A DNA stretch of 64,000 nt from a virus (lineage: Duplodnaviria; Heunggongvirae; Uroviricota; Caudoviricetes), in IMG/VR virus record IMGVR_UViG_3300007177_000114. One strand, 5' to 3'. Under the pieces are notes generated by a model, which worked only from the letters and a program-made list of their open reading frames with translations, had not been told where the DNA came from and did not search any database. The position numbers and the translations under genes were made by a program. This document shows positions 9,118 to 20,206 of this stretch, in pieces. How positions within the stretch are numbered: the stretch's first letter is position 1; every line of letters begins with the position of its first letter.

Positions 9118-12100
9118 ATGTATATTGATAAACATATATCACCACTTATTGCTGGTCAGTTCCCTGCTTTCTATAGAGATCAGGGTCCTAATTTTATAGC
9201 ATTTGTAAAGGCTTACTATGAGTGGGCAGAGCAGTCCGGTAATTTCATCGAACAATCTAGATCGTTATTTGATAATCTAGATATTGATCGTACTTCTGCA
9301 GACTTCATTAGTCACTTTAAATCACAATATATTTCACTTCTTCCTGATTCTGTTCTGGGAGATAAGCGTTTACTCATGAAGCATATCTTGGATTTGTATA
9401 GATCCAAGGGCACACCTAGAGCATATAGTTTATTATTCAGAATTCTATTTGATGAAGATATTGAGTTCTATATCCCAAATGATTATATCTTCAAGGCATC
9501 AGATAACGAATGGTTTGTTCCGAAATATATTGAAGTTACCGGTTCACCATATCTTAAGAATCTCATCGGTAAAAGAATATCATCAGTAGGCAAAACAAAC
9601 TCTGCTGTTGTTGATAATTTTGCTACTGTTGTCCGTAATGGTAAAGAAATAAACATTCTATTTCTTATTGCAATCAATGGAGATTTTAATTCTGGATCCA
9701 GAATTATTTGTGATGATTTGTATATTGGAGCCTCTGGTGATTTCATTGACAATTATACTTACTTGCAACTATCTGATGCAGATAAAGCAGGCTATTCTCT
9801 AGTATATACAGATACAAATGGTCCCTTCATTACAGGATCTTTAAGTTCTGTTATCATCGAGAATGGTGGTACTGGATTTAGTGTTGGTGATATTCTAAGC
9901 ATTCAGGGTGGATTTGGTTCTGAAGGTAAACTTAAAGTACTTAGAATCATTAATGATACTAGTGGTAAAGTTTCATTTGCTATTATTGATGGTGGTTCAG
10001 GTTATACATTAAATGCAAATGTTGTAGTATCTGGTGGTGGTGGTGCTGGCGCCACATTTAAAGTAGGTGGCCTTGTAGATAAAGAACTTATCTATATTAA
10101 TACCGATCTTATTTCCACTTATTTCAACACAACTCTTGAATCAAATACTGCAGGTGTAACTCTGGGCATTTCCGGAAATACTGCAGCTTTTTCTGCCACC
10201 GGAAACTCTATCACTTCAAGTTCAAATGTTCTTGTGGCCGACGTCACTTCAACAACTTTAAATAAGATTGCTAATGGAACTTATGTCTCAAATACAGCAC
10301 TTGGTATAAATCTATATGCATATAGATCCGAAGGTTCACTTATCTGGTTTACATCCACAACAGATTCCGACTTAAATAATGCAAATATAGTTGCGGGTGC
10401 AATTGTAGGTAATGCAGCACAGAATGCATTTGTAAGTCTCAATACAGTCTGGCCTAAAACAACTGTGACCGGTAATGCTGTTATAGTATCCAGCAATTCC
10501 ACAACAATAGTAGCAAATACTGTCAACGGTTATTTTATTCCTACCGGGACTGTGAATGATGTTTTCACCATCGGCACAACAAATGTCAATGCTTCGATTA
10601 CATCCGTAACAAGAAATACAGACTGGAATTTTGCCAATTCTGTAGTTGTTCAAGATAATCTAGATGCAGTCATTGGTCAAGTATTGAATTTTCAAGATAT
10701 TGAGATTGGAACAATTGCATTCCTTTCAGAACAAAATCCAGGTTCAAATTATATTGAAAATCCAACCGTCACCGTAACCCAACCTGAAGTTTTGGCCTAT
10801 TTTATTCCAGATGGTAGGGGTGGTTTTAAGGGAAATAATGCAGTCATCAAGGGCTACACATCTTTTGCTAACGGTGTGGTTGCAGGTGCTGAGGTTATTT
10901 CTTCTGGATATGGATATATTGATGGTGAAAGTGTAACAGCACAAAGTGATACCACAAATAATTCCATTTCTGTAATTACCGTTGTTGATTCTACCGGTAA
11001 AGGTGAAGGGAGATGGAAAAATACTAAGAGTTTTATCTCTGATGTAAACTATTTACAAGATAGCAAATTCTATCAGCAATATTCATATCAAATTCTTGCT
11101 CCTAGAATGCTTGAAACTTATGAATCCTTTGTTCGTGATATTGTTCATCAGTCTGGTCTTGCTCTATATGGTAAATATCAACTCAAGGATTTCAAAACAT
11201 CCGAGAGCACATTTGAATATGCTGCCAATACGCAGACATTTGTGACAGATAATCCAATACTCAATCTAGATTTTACCACACTTACTATCAATTCACTTGC
11301 TATTTTCACTAGATTATCCAATGGTTATTATCTAGATGCAAATGGCAATATGACAGTGGCATCAGCAAATACACCTAGATTTGAATATTATTCCAATGGA
11401 TCATTCCGTGGACTTCTAATTGAATCCCAGAGAACCAATTCAATTAGAAATAATAGTATGACTGGTGCAAATACTACCACAAATGCTCTTCCAACAAATT
11501 GGAGTGTTTTTGCTTCAAGCGGTCTTGCTACAAGAGTTTCAGATGTTGGTGTGGTCAATGGTATTGATTATATTGATTTAAGAATTTTTGGAACCACAAC
11601 AAATACATATTATGTTTTGGCATTTGAAAATAGCGCTATCACTGCAACTGCTTCACAACGTTGGACAGAATCATTCTGGGTTTCTCTGATTTCTGGATCT
11701 TTGACAAATATAACTAGTTCCAATATTAATATAAGATGGTCTGGTGGTACTGATTCTGATAGTGCTTTTACACCAACTTCTACATTCACTAGAATTTCAC
11801 AAACCGCATTGTCACCTGCTGGAACAACTTCTGTTTATCCAGCGCTATATTTGAATTTCTCTTCGGGTGTTTATATTGATTTAACACTGCGAATTGGTAT
11901 GCCTCAAATGGAAGCAGGTACTTCCATGAGTAGTGTTATCAGAACTACATCTGCAACTGCAACAAGGGCAGGTGATGTTCTTACAGTCAACTCAACTAGT
12001 TTCTCTAGCATATATAATGAGATATCCAGGGCTGGTGCAGTCTATATTGATGCTATATTCCCTCCGGTAACATCTTCTAATTTTGGTGTATTTGGTATGA

Positions 12101-12453
12101 GCAATAATAATGCATTTGCCAATTCTACATATTTTAGCTATTCTACTTTTAATGCACCAATATATTATTGGCAAGGTGGAGTTGCAGTAGCCATAGGTAA
12201 TACCGTAACACTTCAACCAGGAAGAAATAGACTTGCAGCTGCATGGACTAATAATTCAATTAAAACTTGTTTAAATGGATCAATTGTTGGATTTAACGGC
12301 AACACACCTGTTGGATCTCTATATAATACATACAATAGAATGTATATTGGTAATCTTTGGGGTACCAATGATCAATTCAATGGGCACTTTAGACAAGTAA
12401 AGTTCTATAATAAAACAAAATCAAATACAGAAATAATTGCTTTAACTTCTTAA
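9118..12453 (+). CDS. gp7: Baseplate wedge initiator with fused C-terminal fibre/lectin-like domain
   Basis: FPAFYR...FIAFVKAYYEW, LYRSKGT..AY.LLFRILF and LQDSKFYQQYSY...VHQSG motifs; about 400 extra C-terminal aa paralogous to ORF 26290. Confidence 0.85.
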   Translation: MYIDKHISPLIAGQFPAFYRDQGPNFIAFVKAYYEWAEQSGNFIEQSRSLFDNLDIDRTSADFISHFKSQYISLLPDSVLGDKRLLMKHILDLYRSKGTPRAYSLLFRILFDEDIEFYIPNDYIFKASDNEWFVPKYIEVTGSPYLKNLIGKRISSVGKTNSAVVDNFATVVRNGKEINILFLIAINGDFNSGSRIICDDLYIGASGDFIDNYTYLQLSDADKAGYSLVYTDTNGPFITGSLSSVIIENGGTGFSVGDILSIQGGFGSEGKLKVLRIINDTSGKVSFAIIDGGSGYTLNANVVVSGGGGAGATFKVGGLVDKELIYINTDLISTYFNTTLESNTAGVTLGISGNTAAFSATGNSITSSSNVLVADVTSTTLNKIANGTYVSNTALGINLYAYRSEGSLIWFTSTTDSDLNNANIVAGAIVGNAAQNAFVSLNTVWPKTTVTGNAVIVSSNSTTIVANTVNGYFIPTGTVNDVFTIGTTNVNASITSVTRNTDWNFANSVVVQDNLDAVIGQVLNFQDIEIGTIAFLSEQNPGSNYIENPTVTVTQPEVLAYFIPDGRGGFKGNNAVIKGYTSFANGVVAGAEVISSGYGYIDGESVTAQSDTTNNSISVITVVDSTGKGEGRWKNTKSFISDVNYLQDSKFYQQYSYQILAPRMLETYESFVRDIVHQSGLALYGKYQLKDFKTSESTFEYAANTQTFVTDNPILNLDFTTLTINSLAIFTRLSNGYYLDANGNMTVASANTPRFEYYSNGSFRGLLIESQRTNSIRNNSMTGANTTTNALPTNWSVFASSGLATRVSDVGVVNGIDYIDLRIFGTTTNTYYVLAFENSAITATASQRWTESFWVSLISGSLTNITSSNINIRWSGGTDSDSAFTPTSTFTRISQTALSPAGTTSVYPALYLNFSSGVYIDLTLRIGMPQMEAGTSMSSVIRTTSATATRAGDVLTVNSTSFSSIYNEISRAGAVYIDAIFPPVTSSNFGVFGMSNNNAFANSTYFSYSTFNAPIYYWQGGVAVAIGNTVTLQPGRNRLAAAWTNNSIKTCLNGSIVGFNGNTPVGSLYNTYNRMYIGNLWGTNDQFNGHFRQVKFYNKTKSNTEIIALTS

Positions 12454-12466
12454 GATAGGCATAGTA

Positions 12467-15400
12467 ATGGCGATTCTCACTAATAAACACTCAGTTGATG
12501 TGGCTAATTCATTCATCGACGACGTTAAAAACAACAAAAACATGTACTATACTTTCATGGGTCATCCTGCTCCATGGAGCACTGAACCAGTACCTCCTGC
12601 AGCCAACGATTCATTGAATCAAGTAGAGCAATCAATTTATTCTGACTTAGTCATTGGTAAACTCATAGGAAATACAGATGTTTCACATGTGATACCAAGA
12701 TACAATTGGACAAATAATACTGTCTATGCAAAATATGACAGAAACGATCCAAATCTATTTGACAAGCAATTCTATGTGATGACTGATAACTATGAAGTTT
12801 ATAAAGTTATCGACAATTCATCCAATGGATATTCTACTGTAAAACCATCGCTTATATCTTCACTAGGAACATTTCAGACTGGTGATGGATATATTTGGAA
12901 ATATATGTATAGTGTGGATTCTACATCAAATACTAAGTTTACATCAGCAGATTATATTCCAGTAGCAACAAATACTGCGGTCTCTGCTAATGCTGTCGGT
13001 GGCACTATTGACACCATTTTTGTTTCAAATTCTGGATCTAACTATAACACATATCAGAATGGATACATTTTCAATTATGTAAGTTCATCTGAAATTCAAT
13101 TGCCAAATACTTCCACCATTTCAAATACTACTACATCAACTGTAGATAATTTCTACAATGGTGCTAGCATTTATTTGAAGTCTGGATATGGTGCTGGACA
13201 GATAAGAACTATTTCAGGGTATGTCGGTGCGACTAGACTTATTACAGTAAGTACACCATTTGATGCTTATGCTAAAATTGATCTTTCTAATACCCAAGGA
13301 ACAATTCAAGCAACTCAAACCGCCACACAAATTATTGATAATATCAATCCACTTTATACAAAAGGATATTTTAGCACCGGTGATATTGTTGTCCAGGTAA
13401 ATAATGGTGTCACAGGAACGGTTGCATCTTATAATGGCACAACACTTCGTGTCATAAGAAATAATCTTGCAGTTAATTTCTCTAATACATTCCCTATTAG
13501 AAATACAAATAATGATGGAGTACTAAAGCCAAGTAGAGTTTCCACTACTGCTGGTTCAAATACTGCATCTGCATTCCAGGCAATATTCAATGCTAATTCT
13601 TCTGTAAATAGCACTGCAGATGCTATCAGTTTAGGTGCAAATCAGTATTTTACAGATGGCGACTATGTTTACTATCAAGTAGCAGCTGGTAATACTGCGG
13701 TTTCCGGTCTGACAGCAAATACCTACTATTTCATTGTCGGCTCTAATGCCACTCATGTGAAACTATCATCTACTTCTGGTGGTACTGCATGTAATATTAC
13801 AGCTTCTGCTACTTCTGAATCTGGACATATACTATATGCACCATTATCTAGCAGCTATGCAATCAATGATTTTATCAGAGTGGGAACAAATGCAAATAAT
13901 AATGTCAGAAGAATAACATCTGTAAATACTACTAGTGTTGCAGTCGATACAGGTTTTGATTCAACTGTTGTTGCAGGAGTTCACTATTCACTCACTAATA
14001 TTACAATGCCGGCAACTATTACAAATACAACTGCTACCGGTACTGTAAGCAATGTGAATCTAAATTCTGTCAGACTCAATGTAAGTTCTGCCTCACTATT
14101 TGGTAAAACTCTAATTGTTGGTGAATCTGTTAAAATGGTGGATTCAGCAAACGTGGCTCAGGGCCCAACAGGTGTGGTTGCTTTTGCTAATACTTCTCAG
14201 GTCATTCTTGGTAGTGTCACAGGTACATGGAACTTGGGTAATTATATTTTGGGTTCTTCTTCACTTCAAAGACACTATATTGATCTTGCTGTATCAAGTC
14301 CAAATATAGTGGTGTCAAATCCAGTTGGTACATTTGAAGCAGGTCAAAAGATTATATTCAGTGGTAATGGTTCTGGTAATGCTACTGCAACTGCTATTTC
14401 CGCAATTCCAAATAGTCTTACCGAATTTGTAATCAGCCCAAGAGTCACTATTACCGGTGATGGTGCTGGAGCACAAGCATATGCAGTAGTAAATACTGCT
14501 TCTGGAAGTGGAAATAGTATACAAAGTTTTGTAATGGTCAACCCAGGATCAAATTACACCAATGCAACTGTATCTATTTCAGATGGCACAAATGGCTCAG
14601 GCACTGGCGCACTTGTGGTTCCTTCAATTGGTCCCGTCCATGGACATGGATTTGATGCAGTTGAGGAACTTGGTGGTCGATATGTTGGCATTTATACCAG
14701 ATTTGATACACTTGAAAATGATTCATTCTCATATCCTTCTCATGGATCTTACAGAACAATTGGAATTCTTACCAATCCAATATATCAAGATGTTATTGTG
14801 GATTTGAATGCATTTGACCGTGTAAAATTTGTAATAAGTGGTGCTGCCGGCACATATACACCAAATGAAGTGGTTATTAATGCAAATGCAAGCATACAAA
14901 CTGGCTCTGCAAATCTTTATTCAAATGCAACAGGTATAGTTGTTTTTTCAAATAGCACATATCTTGAATTAAAAAATGTTCGTGGTACTTTCAGTACAAC
15001 AAGCAATACTGCTAATAGATTATACGGTATTTCCTCTGGTGCAATAAGCACACCGGTGTCATTTGCAAATGCTGCATTTGTAGCCAACTCTTCATTTGCA
15101 CAAGATGTTGTGACAGGCACCGTAAAAGATGTAATTACAAATAGTCGACTAAGATTGAATGAAGTCAGTGGTATACTTACAACAAATGCAACTATAAGTC
15201 AAGCATCTTCAAATGCTTATGCAAATGTGACCGCAATCTATACTTCAAATGGTCAAAAGAATGCTTCAACAAACTACGGTAGATACTTCAATCAAACCTT
15301 AAGATTGACTCTCACTTCAAATACTGGGAGCTTCCAAAACGGTGAAACTGTAACACAAGGTGGCGCTAACGGTTATCTTATGTCATCAGTTTATGAAAAA

Positions 15401-15829
15401 GATTTAATAATCAGTGGTGTGACCGGATCATTTTCAAATGGTCAACAAGTAGTTGATATCACTTCTGGTGCTAACGGCTATGTAATCTTTGCAAATTCAA
15501 CATATTTAAAGCTCACTGGTGTTTCTAATAACTTGACATTTGGTGTTGGCAACTATATAAATAATAACTTAGGAGCTAATGCGCAAGTCACCGGTGTTTA
15601 TCCTGTTCTACTTCTATCTGGTATTTCCGGTACCAATACATTTACCGCAAATTCTACTGATATCGTGGGTGGGACTTCTGCAGCACGTGGTCAAGCAACT
15701 GATAGTTCATTGATAACATATCCACAACTGGTGAAAAATAGCGGAAGAGTCATGTATCTTGAAAATATAGCGCCAATTAATAAAACACCAGATTCACAAG
15801 AACAAGTTAAACTAGTTCTAAAGTTCTAG
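12467..15829 (+). CDS. gp8: Baseplate wedge subunit, greatly extended
   Basis: PRYNWT..TVYAKYD...FYVMTDNYEVYK...GDGYIWKYMY at the N-terminus and GRVMYLENIAPI...EQVKLVLKF at the C-terminus; large central insertion. Confidence 0.85.
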   Translation: MAILTNKHSVDVANSFIDDVKNNKNMYYTFMGHPAPWSTEPVPPAANDSLNQVEQSIYSDLVIGKLIGNTDVSHVIPRYNWTNNTVYAKYDRNDPNLFDKQFYVMTDNYEVYKVIDNSSNGYSTVKPSLISSLGTFQTGDGYIWKYMYSVDSTSNTKFTSADYIPVATNTAVSANAVGGTIDTIFVSNSGSNYNTYQNGYIFNYVSSSEIQLPNTSTISNTTTSTVDNFYNGASIYLKSGYGAGQIRTISGYVGATRLITVSTPFDAYAKIDLSNTQGTIQATQTATQIIDNINPLYTKGYFSTGDIVVQVNNGVTGTVASYNGTTLRVIRNNLAVNFSNTFPIRNTNNDGVLKPSRVSTTAGSNTASAFQAIFNANSSVNSTADAISLGANQYFTDGDYVYYQVAAGNTAVSGLTANTYYFIVGSNATHVKLSSTSGGTACNITASATSESGHILYAPLSSSYAINDFIRVGTNANNNVRRITSVNTTSVAVDTGFDSTVVAGVHYSLTNITMPATITNTTATGTVSNVNLNSVRLNVSSASLFGKTLIVGESVKMVDSANVAQGPTGVVAFANTSQVILGSVTGTWNLGNYILGSSSLQRHYIDLAVSSPNIVVSNPVGTFEAGQKIIFSGNGSGNATATAISAIPNSLTEFVISPRVTITGDGAGAQAYAVVNTASGSGNSIQSFVMVNPGSNYTNATVSISDGTNGSGTGALVVPSIGPVHGHGFDAVEELGGRYVGIYTRFDTLENDSFSYPSHGSYRTIGILTNPIYQDVIVDLNAFDRVKFVISGAAGTYTPNEVVINANASIQTGSANLYSNATGIVVFSNSTYLELKNVRGTFSTTSNTANRLYGISSGAISTPVSFANAAFVANSSFAQDVVTGTVKDVITNSRLRLNEVSGILTTNATISQASSNAYANVTAIYTSNGQKNASTNYGRYFNQTLRLTLTSNTGSFQNGETVTQGGANGYLMSSVYEKDLIISGVTGSFSNGQQVVDITSGANGYVIFANSTYLKLTGVSNNLTFGVGNYINNNLGANAQVTGVYPVLLLSGISGTNTFTANSTDIVGGTSAARGQATDSSLITYPQLVKNSGRVMYLENIAPINKTPDSQEQVKLVLKF

Positions 15830-15837
15830 AGGATTAA

Positions 15838-18800
15838 ATGACACTTCAAATAGATCTTTCCCGTAAGCCATATTTCGATGATTTTGACGAAGAAAAGAAC
15901 TTTTATAGAGTTCTCTATCGTCCGTCCACAGCTGTTCAGACTAGAGAGTTAAATCAAACTCAGAGTATACTTCAAGATCAACTTGATAAGTTTGGTCGAT
16001 CCATTTATAAAGATGGATCAGTTGTTGAAGGTTGCTCATTTACATTTGATAATAATTACTTTTACGTAAAAGTAGAAGATAGATTTACCAACGGTTCTAT
16101 TATTGAATCAATTAGTGATTTGGTAGGATCATATGTTCGTTCTGGTAATAGCACTAGCTATCTGGAATCTATTATAGTAAATGCAGCACCAGGATTGGAA
16201 GCTTTAAATCCAAACTATAATACACTTTATCTAAAGTATCTAAATTCCTATACGTATTCAAATGGATCTATAAAGTCTGAATATTCAAATAGTGATATTC
16301 TACAAATCTTTTCATCTGCAAATGTTGCAATTGCCAATGTTACAGTAGCAAATACTACCAATTCAACAGGTCGTGGCTATGCTATGACAACCTCTGAAGG
16401 TGTAATATTCAAGAATGGATTCTTTGTCAGAGTAGCGCCACAAACTTTAGTTGTTTCAAAATATAACAATATTCCGACAGACGTTTCAGTTGGCTTTGAT
16501 CTTGAAGAAGATATTATTACAGCAGAAACTGATCCAACATTAGTTGATAATGCCGCTGGTTCACCCAATGAAGATGCACCAGGTGCACATCGTTTAAAGC
16601 TTGTTCCATATCTTTCTATTCGTTCCTCATCTGATATTACTAACACCGCAACATTCTTCTCCCTAGTTGATTTCAAGAATGGTCTACCTGTTACAATTCG
16701 TACAGACCCACAATATTCTGCATTGGGTAAAGAATTAGCTAGAAGAACATATGAAACAAATGGTGATTATGTTATCAATCCATTTGTTCTTACAGTAGAA
16801 AATAAAAGTTCTACTGATGCCAACAGTGCGTCATATCTAAATCTAGTAAGTTCACCTGGTATCGGTTATGTCAAGGGGAATAGAATTGAATTTCTCAATA
16901 AAAATGTAACAGATCTAAGAAAAGGTCTGGATACATCTACAATTGCAGCACAACAAATCACTGCAAACTTTGGATACTATGTTAACGTCGACGAATATTG
17001 TGGTGATTTCAATAATGATCAAATTGATCAAGTTGAATTACACTCAATTGCAAAGACCGCAATCACAAATAGAACTTTCTTAAGTACTGGTTATTCTTCT
17101 GCTTCAAAGATCGGTACCGCATTTGTTCGTGGTTTTGCTTATGATGACGGTACCCCTGGAACACCACGTGGCAAATATAGACTATATCTATTCAATATCA
17201 ATATGAATTCAGGATTCAATTTTGCTGATGTAAGAAGTATCATCAGATATAACTCTGGTGTCAAAGCGGTAGCAGACTTGGTTCTAGACTATAACGGAAC
17301 TTTACAGGCTTATACTGCAACTATTCAAGATAATGCAAATGAAATTATGGTCCATCCTTTTGGTCAAAAGGCCATTAAAGCTGATGGGTTTGCAAACGTT
17401 CAGTACATCTATAGAAATAGTTCCAATCAGCAGTTCAATACTTCTGGTAGCATGACAATTTCTGTGACAGCAGCAGGGACAGGTTCTGAGAATTTCTACT
17501 ATCAAGGAACTCTTTCATCAGTTGCAGAAGAATCATTTGTTATTATTCCGACACAGACTAGAATTTCAAGTGCCAATCTAAGCGGCACAGTTGCAATATC
17601 ATCCACAAGTGCAAATGTTGTTGGAACAAGCACCACATTTGCAACAGATTTTGTTGTGGGTGAATATATCAATGCCAATACTGAAACAAGAAGAATTAAT
17701 TCAATTGTCAATAACACTTTGATAATTGTCGACTCTGCTTTCTCTGCTACTGGTTCTGGTAAAGCTTACTATAAAGAATTCCCTGCTGGTGTTCCAATTA
17801 ACTTTGGAACTAACGGAAGAACAATTACTATTTCCGGTAATTCTGCGACATTGAATCTAAACCACAGTATCAATGCCACAATGCAATGTACTGTATATTA
17901 CGATGTCAAACGTTCTGAAACAAAACCTGTTGGCAAGGTAATTCAAAGAGATACACACATTGCTATCTATACCGGTAATAATGCTGGTGGTACTACTGGT
18001 CCATGGTGCTTGGGAATTCCGGACGTATTTAAATTAAAACATGTTTACGTCGGAACTACAAAAGCAAATACAAATCCAGACATGCTTATTGACTTCAATC
18101 TGGATAATGGTCAACGTGATTCCTACTATGGTCTATCATATCTTTCATCAAAGAAACCGCTTGCCAATAATCAGTGGCTCCTAGTTGTTGTTGATAACTT
18201 CACATTAGATATCACACAAGGTAAGGGCTTCTTCACAGCAAATTCATACCCAATTGATGATGCTAATACCGCAAATACACAGGCAATTACAACAGCACAG
18301 ATTCAGGTTTATAGTTCTATTGTGACTGGTAAGACATATGATCTAAGAGACTCACTAGATTTTAGACCATATGCCACAAATACTGCTGTTGCAAATGCTA
18401 CTTCAAATACTGCCGCAACTGTAAATCCTGCAACTGCTGCCGCAACTGTATTTGCTGTGGATCCTGTAAATGGTTCTTATCTTCCTTCACCAGATCTACC
18501 TTATCAGTCAACAATTCAATATTATCTCCCAAGAAAAGATAGAGTAAGCCTTACTATTGGTGGGGATATTTTGGTGACAGAAGGTATTTCTGCACAAAAA
18601 CCAATTGCACCACTCGAAGTGCCGGATACTATGACTATTGGTATCGTTGATATTCCTGCTTATCCTACTTTAACTCCTGGTGATGCTGCAATTGCAAGCC
18701 GTTATGATTATGCAGTTCAGTCTTCTATTCAACAGATCAAGCGCTACACAATGGGTGATATTGGCAAGCTTGCCAATAGAATTGATCGTCTAGAATATTA

Positions 18801-20178
18801 TACTTCACTCTCACTAGTCGAACAAGGTGCTAGTTCACTTCTTGTAAGATCAAGCACAACAGGTCTAAATCGTTTCAAGAATGGTATCCTAGTTGACCCA
18901 TTCAAAGATCATACAATTGGTAATACTAATAATCCACTCTATAGAGTTGCTATTGATTCCACCAGAGGTGAAGCAAGACCATTATTTTCTCAGGGCTTTA
19001 TAAATCTATATTATGAAGATTCTGCATCAACTAATACCACAAAAACTGGTGATATTATTACACTTGATTACACTTCAGTTGTAAATCAAAGTCAGAATTT
19101 TGCTTCAAAGTCATTGAATCCTGCTGTAGGAAATCAATATCATTTCAGTGGAACTATGACGCTGGATCCACCAGGTGCTATTAGCGTTGACGTTACAAAA
19201 GCACCAGATGTTATTGGTGATCTAGATCTTTCTTCAAACTGGGTAAATATGCAGAGATATATCTCTGCAGTTTATGGTTCACAGTGGAGCAACTGGACAA
19301 ATACTCTAACTCCTGCTCAACAAAGTGCACTTACCGCCTCTGCATTCTCCAATCAAGTTGTCACTACAAATGTTCAACAATCTCAGAACTATGGTCGTGA
19401 TCTTCAGGTTCAGAATACTCAAAGTCTAGTCACAAATGGAAATTACGTCACAAACGTAAGCACACTTCCATATATTCAGGCGGTTCCTGTATTCTTTACC
19501 GCAAGAGGTATGAAACCAAGAACAACTCTTTATGCATACTTCAATAATATTCCTGTCACCGAATATTGCTATCCGTTGACTGTGTATACCGGTACTGTCA
19601 CTACTTCTGGTGGTCATAAGAAAACCGATGATGGTCGCTTTGTCTTTACTGACAAGAATTCTGTGAATTATGCTTATAATAGTCTATTTGGCTATACATA
19701 TCCTGCAGGTGGTTCACTACAAGCGGATGATAATGGAAATGTCTACGGTATTTTCTTCATTCCTGACTCCACATTTAGAACCGGTGAACTTGAATTTATT
19801 TTGACTGATGTTTCAAATCTTGCAAATCTTGTCAATTCTACAACTATATCTCGTGATACATTCTTTGCAACAAATCTATTTGTGCAAACCGCATCAAATA
19901 GTCAGATTAGAAATCCAACAATAAATACATCAGAACAGACAAATCAAAATTCACTAAATCAGAATACCAATACACCACCATCAAATGATCCTGTGTCTGC
20001 CACACCACCACCTCAATATATTGATCATCAACAATATACAGGTGCTGATGGTGGATGGGTGACAATTTTTGATTATTATACGGTATATACCGATGGTGGT
20101 GGATATGCAACTTACTCAGTATATTCAAATTATAATGGTAATCAGGATCTAAGTGCATATCAAGGTGGTGCTAATTAA
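15838..20178 (+). CDS. VrlC/DUF4815-like tail structural protein, N-terminal part
   Basis: PYFDDFDEEKNFYRVLYRP..AVQTRELNQ.QSILQ; APGAHRLK; LARRTYETNGDY; RFKNGILVDPF. Confidence 0.8.
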   Translation: MTLQIDLSRKPYFDDFDEEKNFYRVLYRPSTAVQTRELNQTQSILQDQLDKFGRSIYKDGSVVEGCSFTFDNNYFYVKVEDRFTNGSIIESISDLVGSYVRSGNSTSYLESIIVNAAPGLEALNPNYNTLYLKYLNSYTYSNGSIKSEYSNSDILQIFSSANVAIANVTVANTTNSTGRGYAMTTSEGVIFKNGFFVRVAPQTLVVSKYNNIPTDVSVGFDLEEDIITAETDPTLVDNAAGSPNEDAPGAHRLKLVPYLSIRSSSDITNTATFFSLVDFKNGLPVTIRTDPQYSALGKELARRTYETNGDYVINPFVLTVENKSSTDANSASYLNLVSSPGIGYVKGNRIEFLNKNVTDLRKGLDTSTIAAQQITANFGYYVNVDEYCGDFNNDQIDQVELHSIAKTAITNRTFLSTGYSSASKIGTAFVRGFAYDDGTPGTPRGKYRLYLFNINMNSGFNFADVRSIIRYNSGVKAVADLVLDYNGTLQAYTATIQDNANEIMVHPFGQKAIKADGFANVQYIYRNSSNQQFNTSGSMTISVTAAGTGSENFYYQGTLSSVAEESFVIIPTQTRISSANLSGTVAISSTSANVVGTSTTFATDFVVGEYINANTETRRINSIVNNTLIIVDSAFSATGSGKAYYKEFPAGVPINFGTNGRTITISGNSATLNLNHSINATMQCTVYYDVKRSETKPVGKVIQRDTHIAIYTGNNAGGTTGPWCLGIPDVFKLKHVYVGTTKANTNPDMLIDFNLDNGQRDSYYGLSYLSSKKPLANNQWLLVVVDNFTLDITQGKGFFTANSYPIDDANTANTQAITTAQIQVYSSIVTGKTYDLRDSLDFRPYATNTAVANATSNTAATVNPATAAATVFAVDPVNGSYLPSPDLPYQSTIQYYLPRKDRVSLTIGGDILVTEGISAQKPIAPLEVPDTMTIGIVDIPAYPTLTPGDAAIASRYDYAVQSSIQQIKRYTMGDIGKLANRIDRLEYYTSLSLVEQGASSLLVRSSTTGLNRFKNGILVDPFKDHTIGNTNNPLYRVAIDSTRGEARPLFSQGFINLYYEDSASTNTTKTGDIITLDYTSVVNQSQNFASKSLNPAVGNQYHFSGTMTLDPPGAISVDVTKAPDVIGDLDLSSNWVNMQRYISAVYGSQWSNWTNTLTPAQQSALTASAFSNQVVTTNVQQSQNYGRDLQVQNTQSLVTNGNYVTNVSTLPYIQAVPVFFTARGMKPRTTLYAYFNNIPVTEYCYPLTVYTGTVTTSGGHKKTDDGRFVFTDKNSVNYAYNSLFGYTYPAGGSLQADDNGNVYGIFFIPDSTFRTGELEFILTDVSNLANLVNSTTISRDTFFATNLFVQTASNSQIRNPTINTSEQTNQNSLNQNTNTPPSNDPVSATPPPQYIDHQQYTGADGGWVTIFDYYTVYTDGGGYATYSVYSNYNGNQDLSAYQGGAN

Positions 20179-20206
20179 TGATTAACAATAAGGGTCTATA
20201 AACTAA

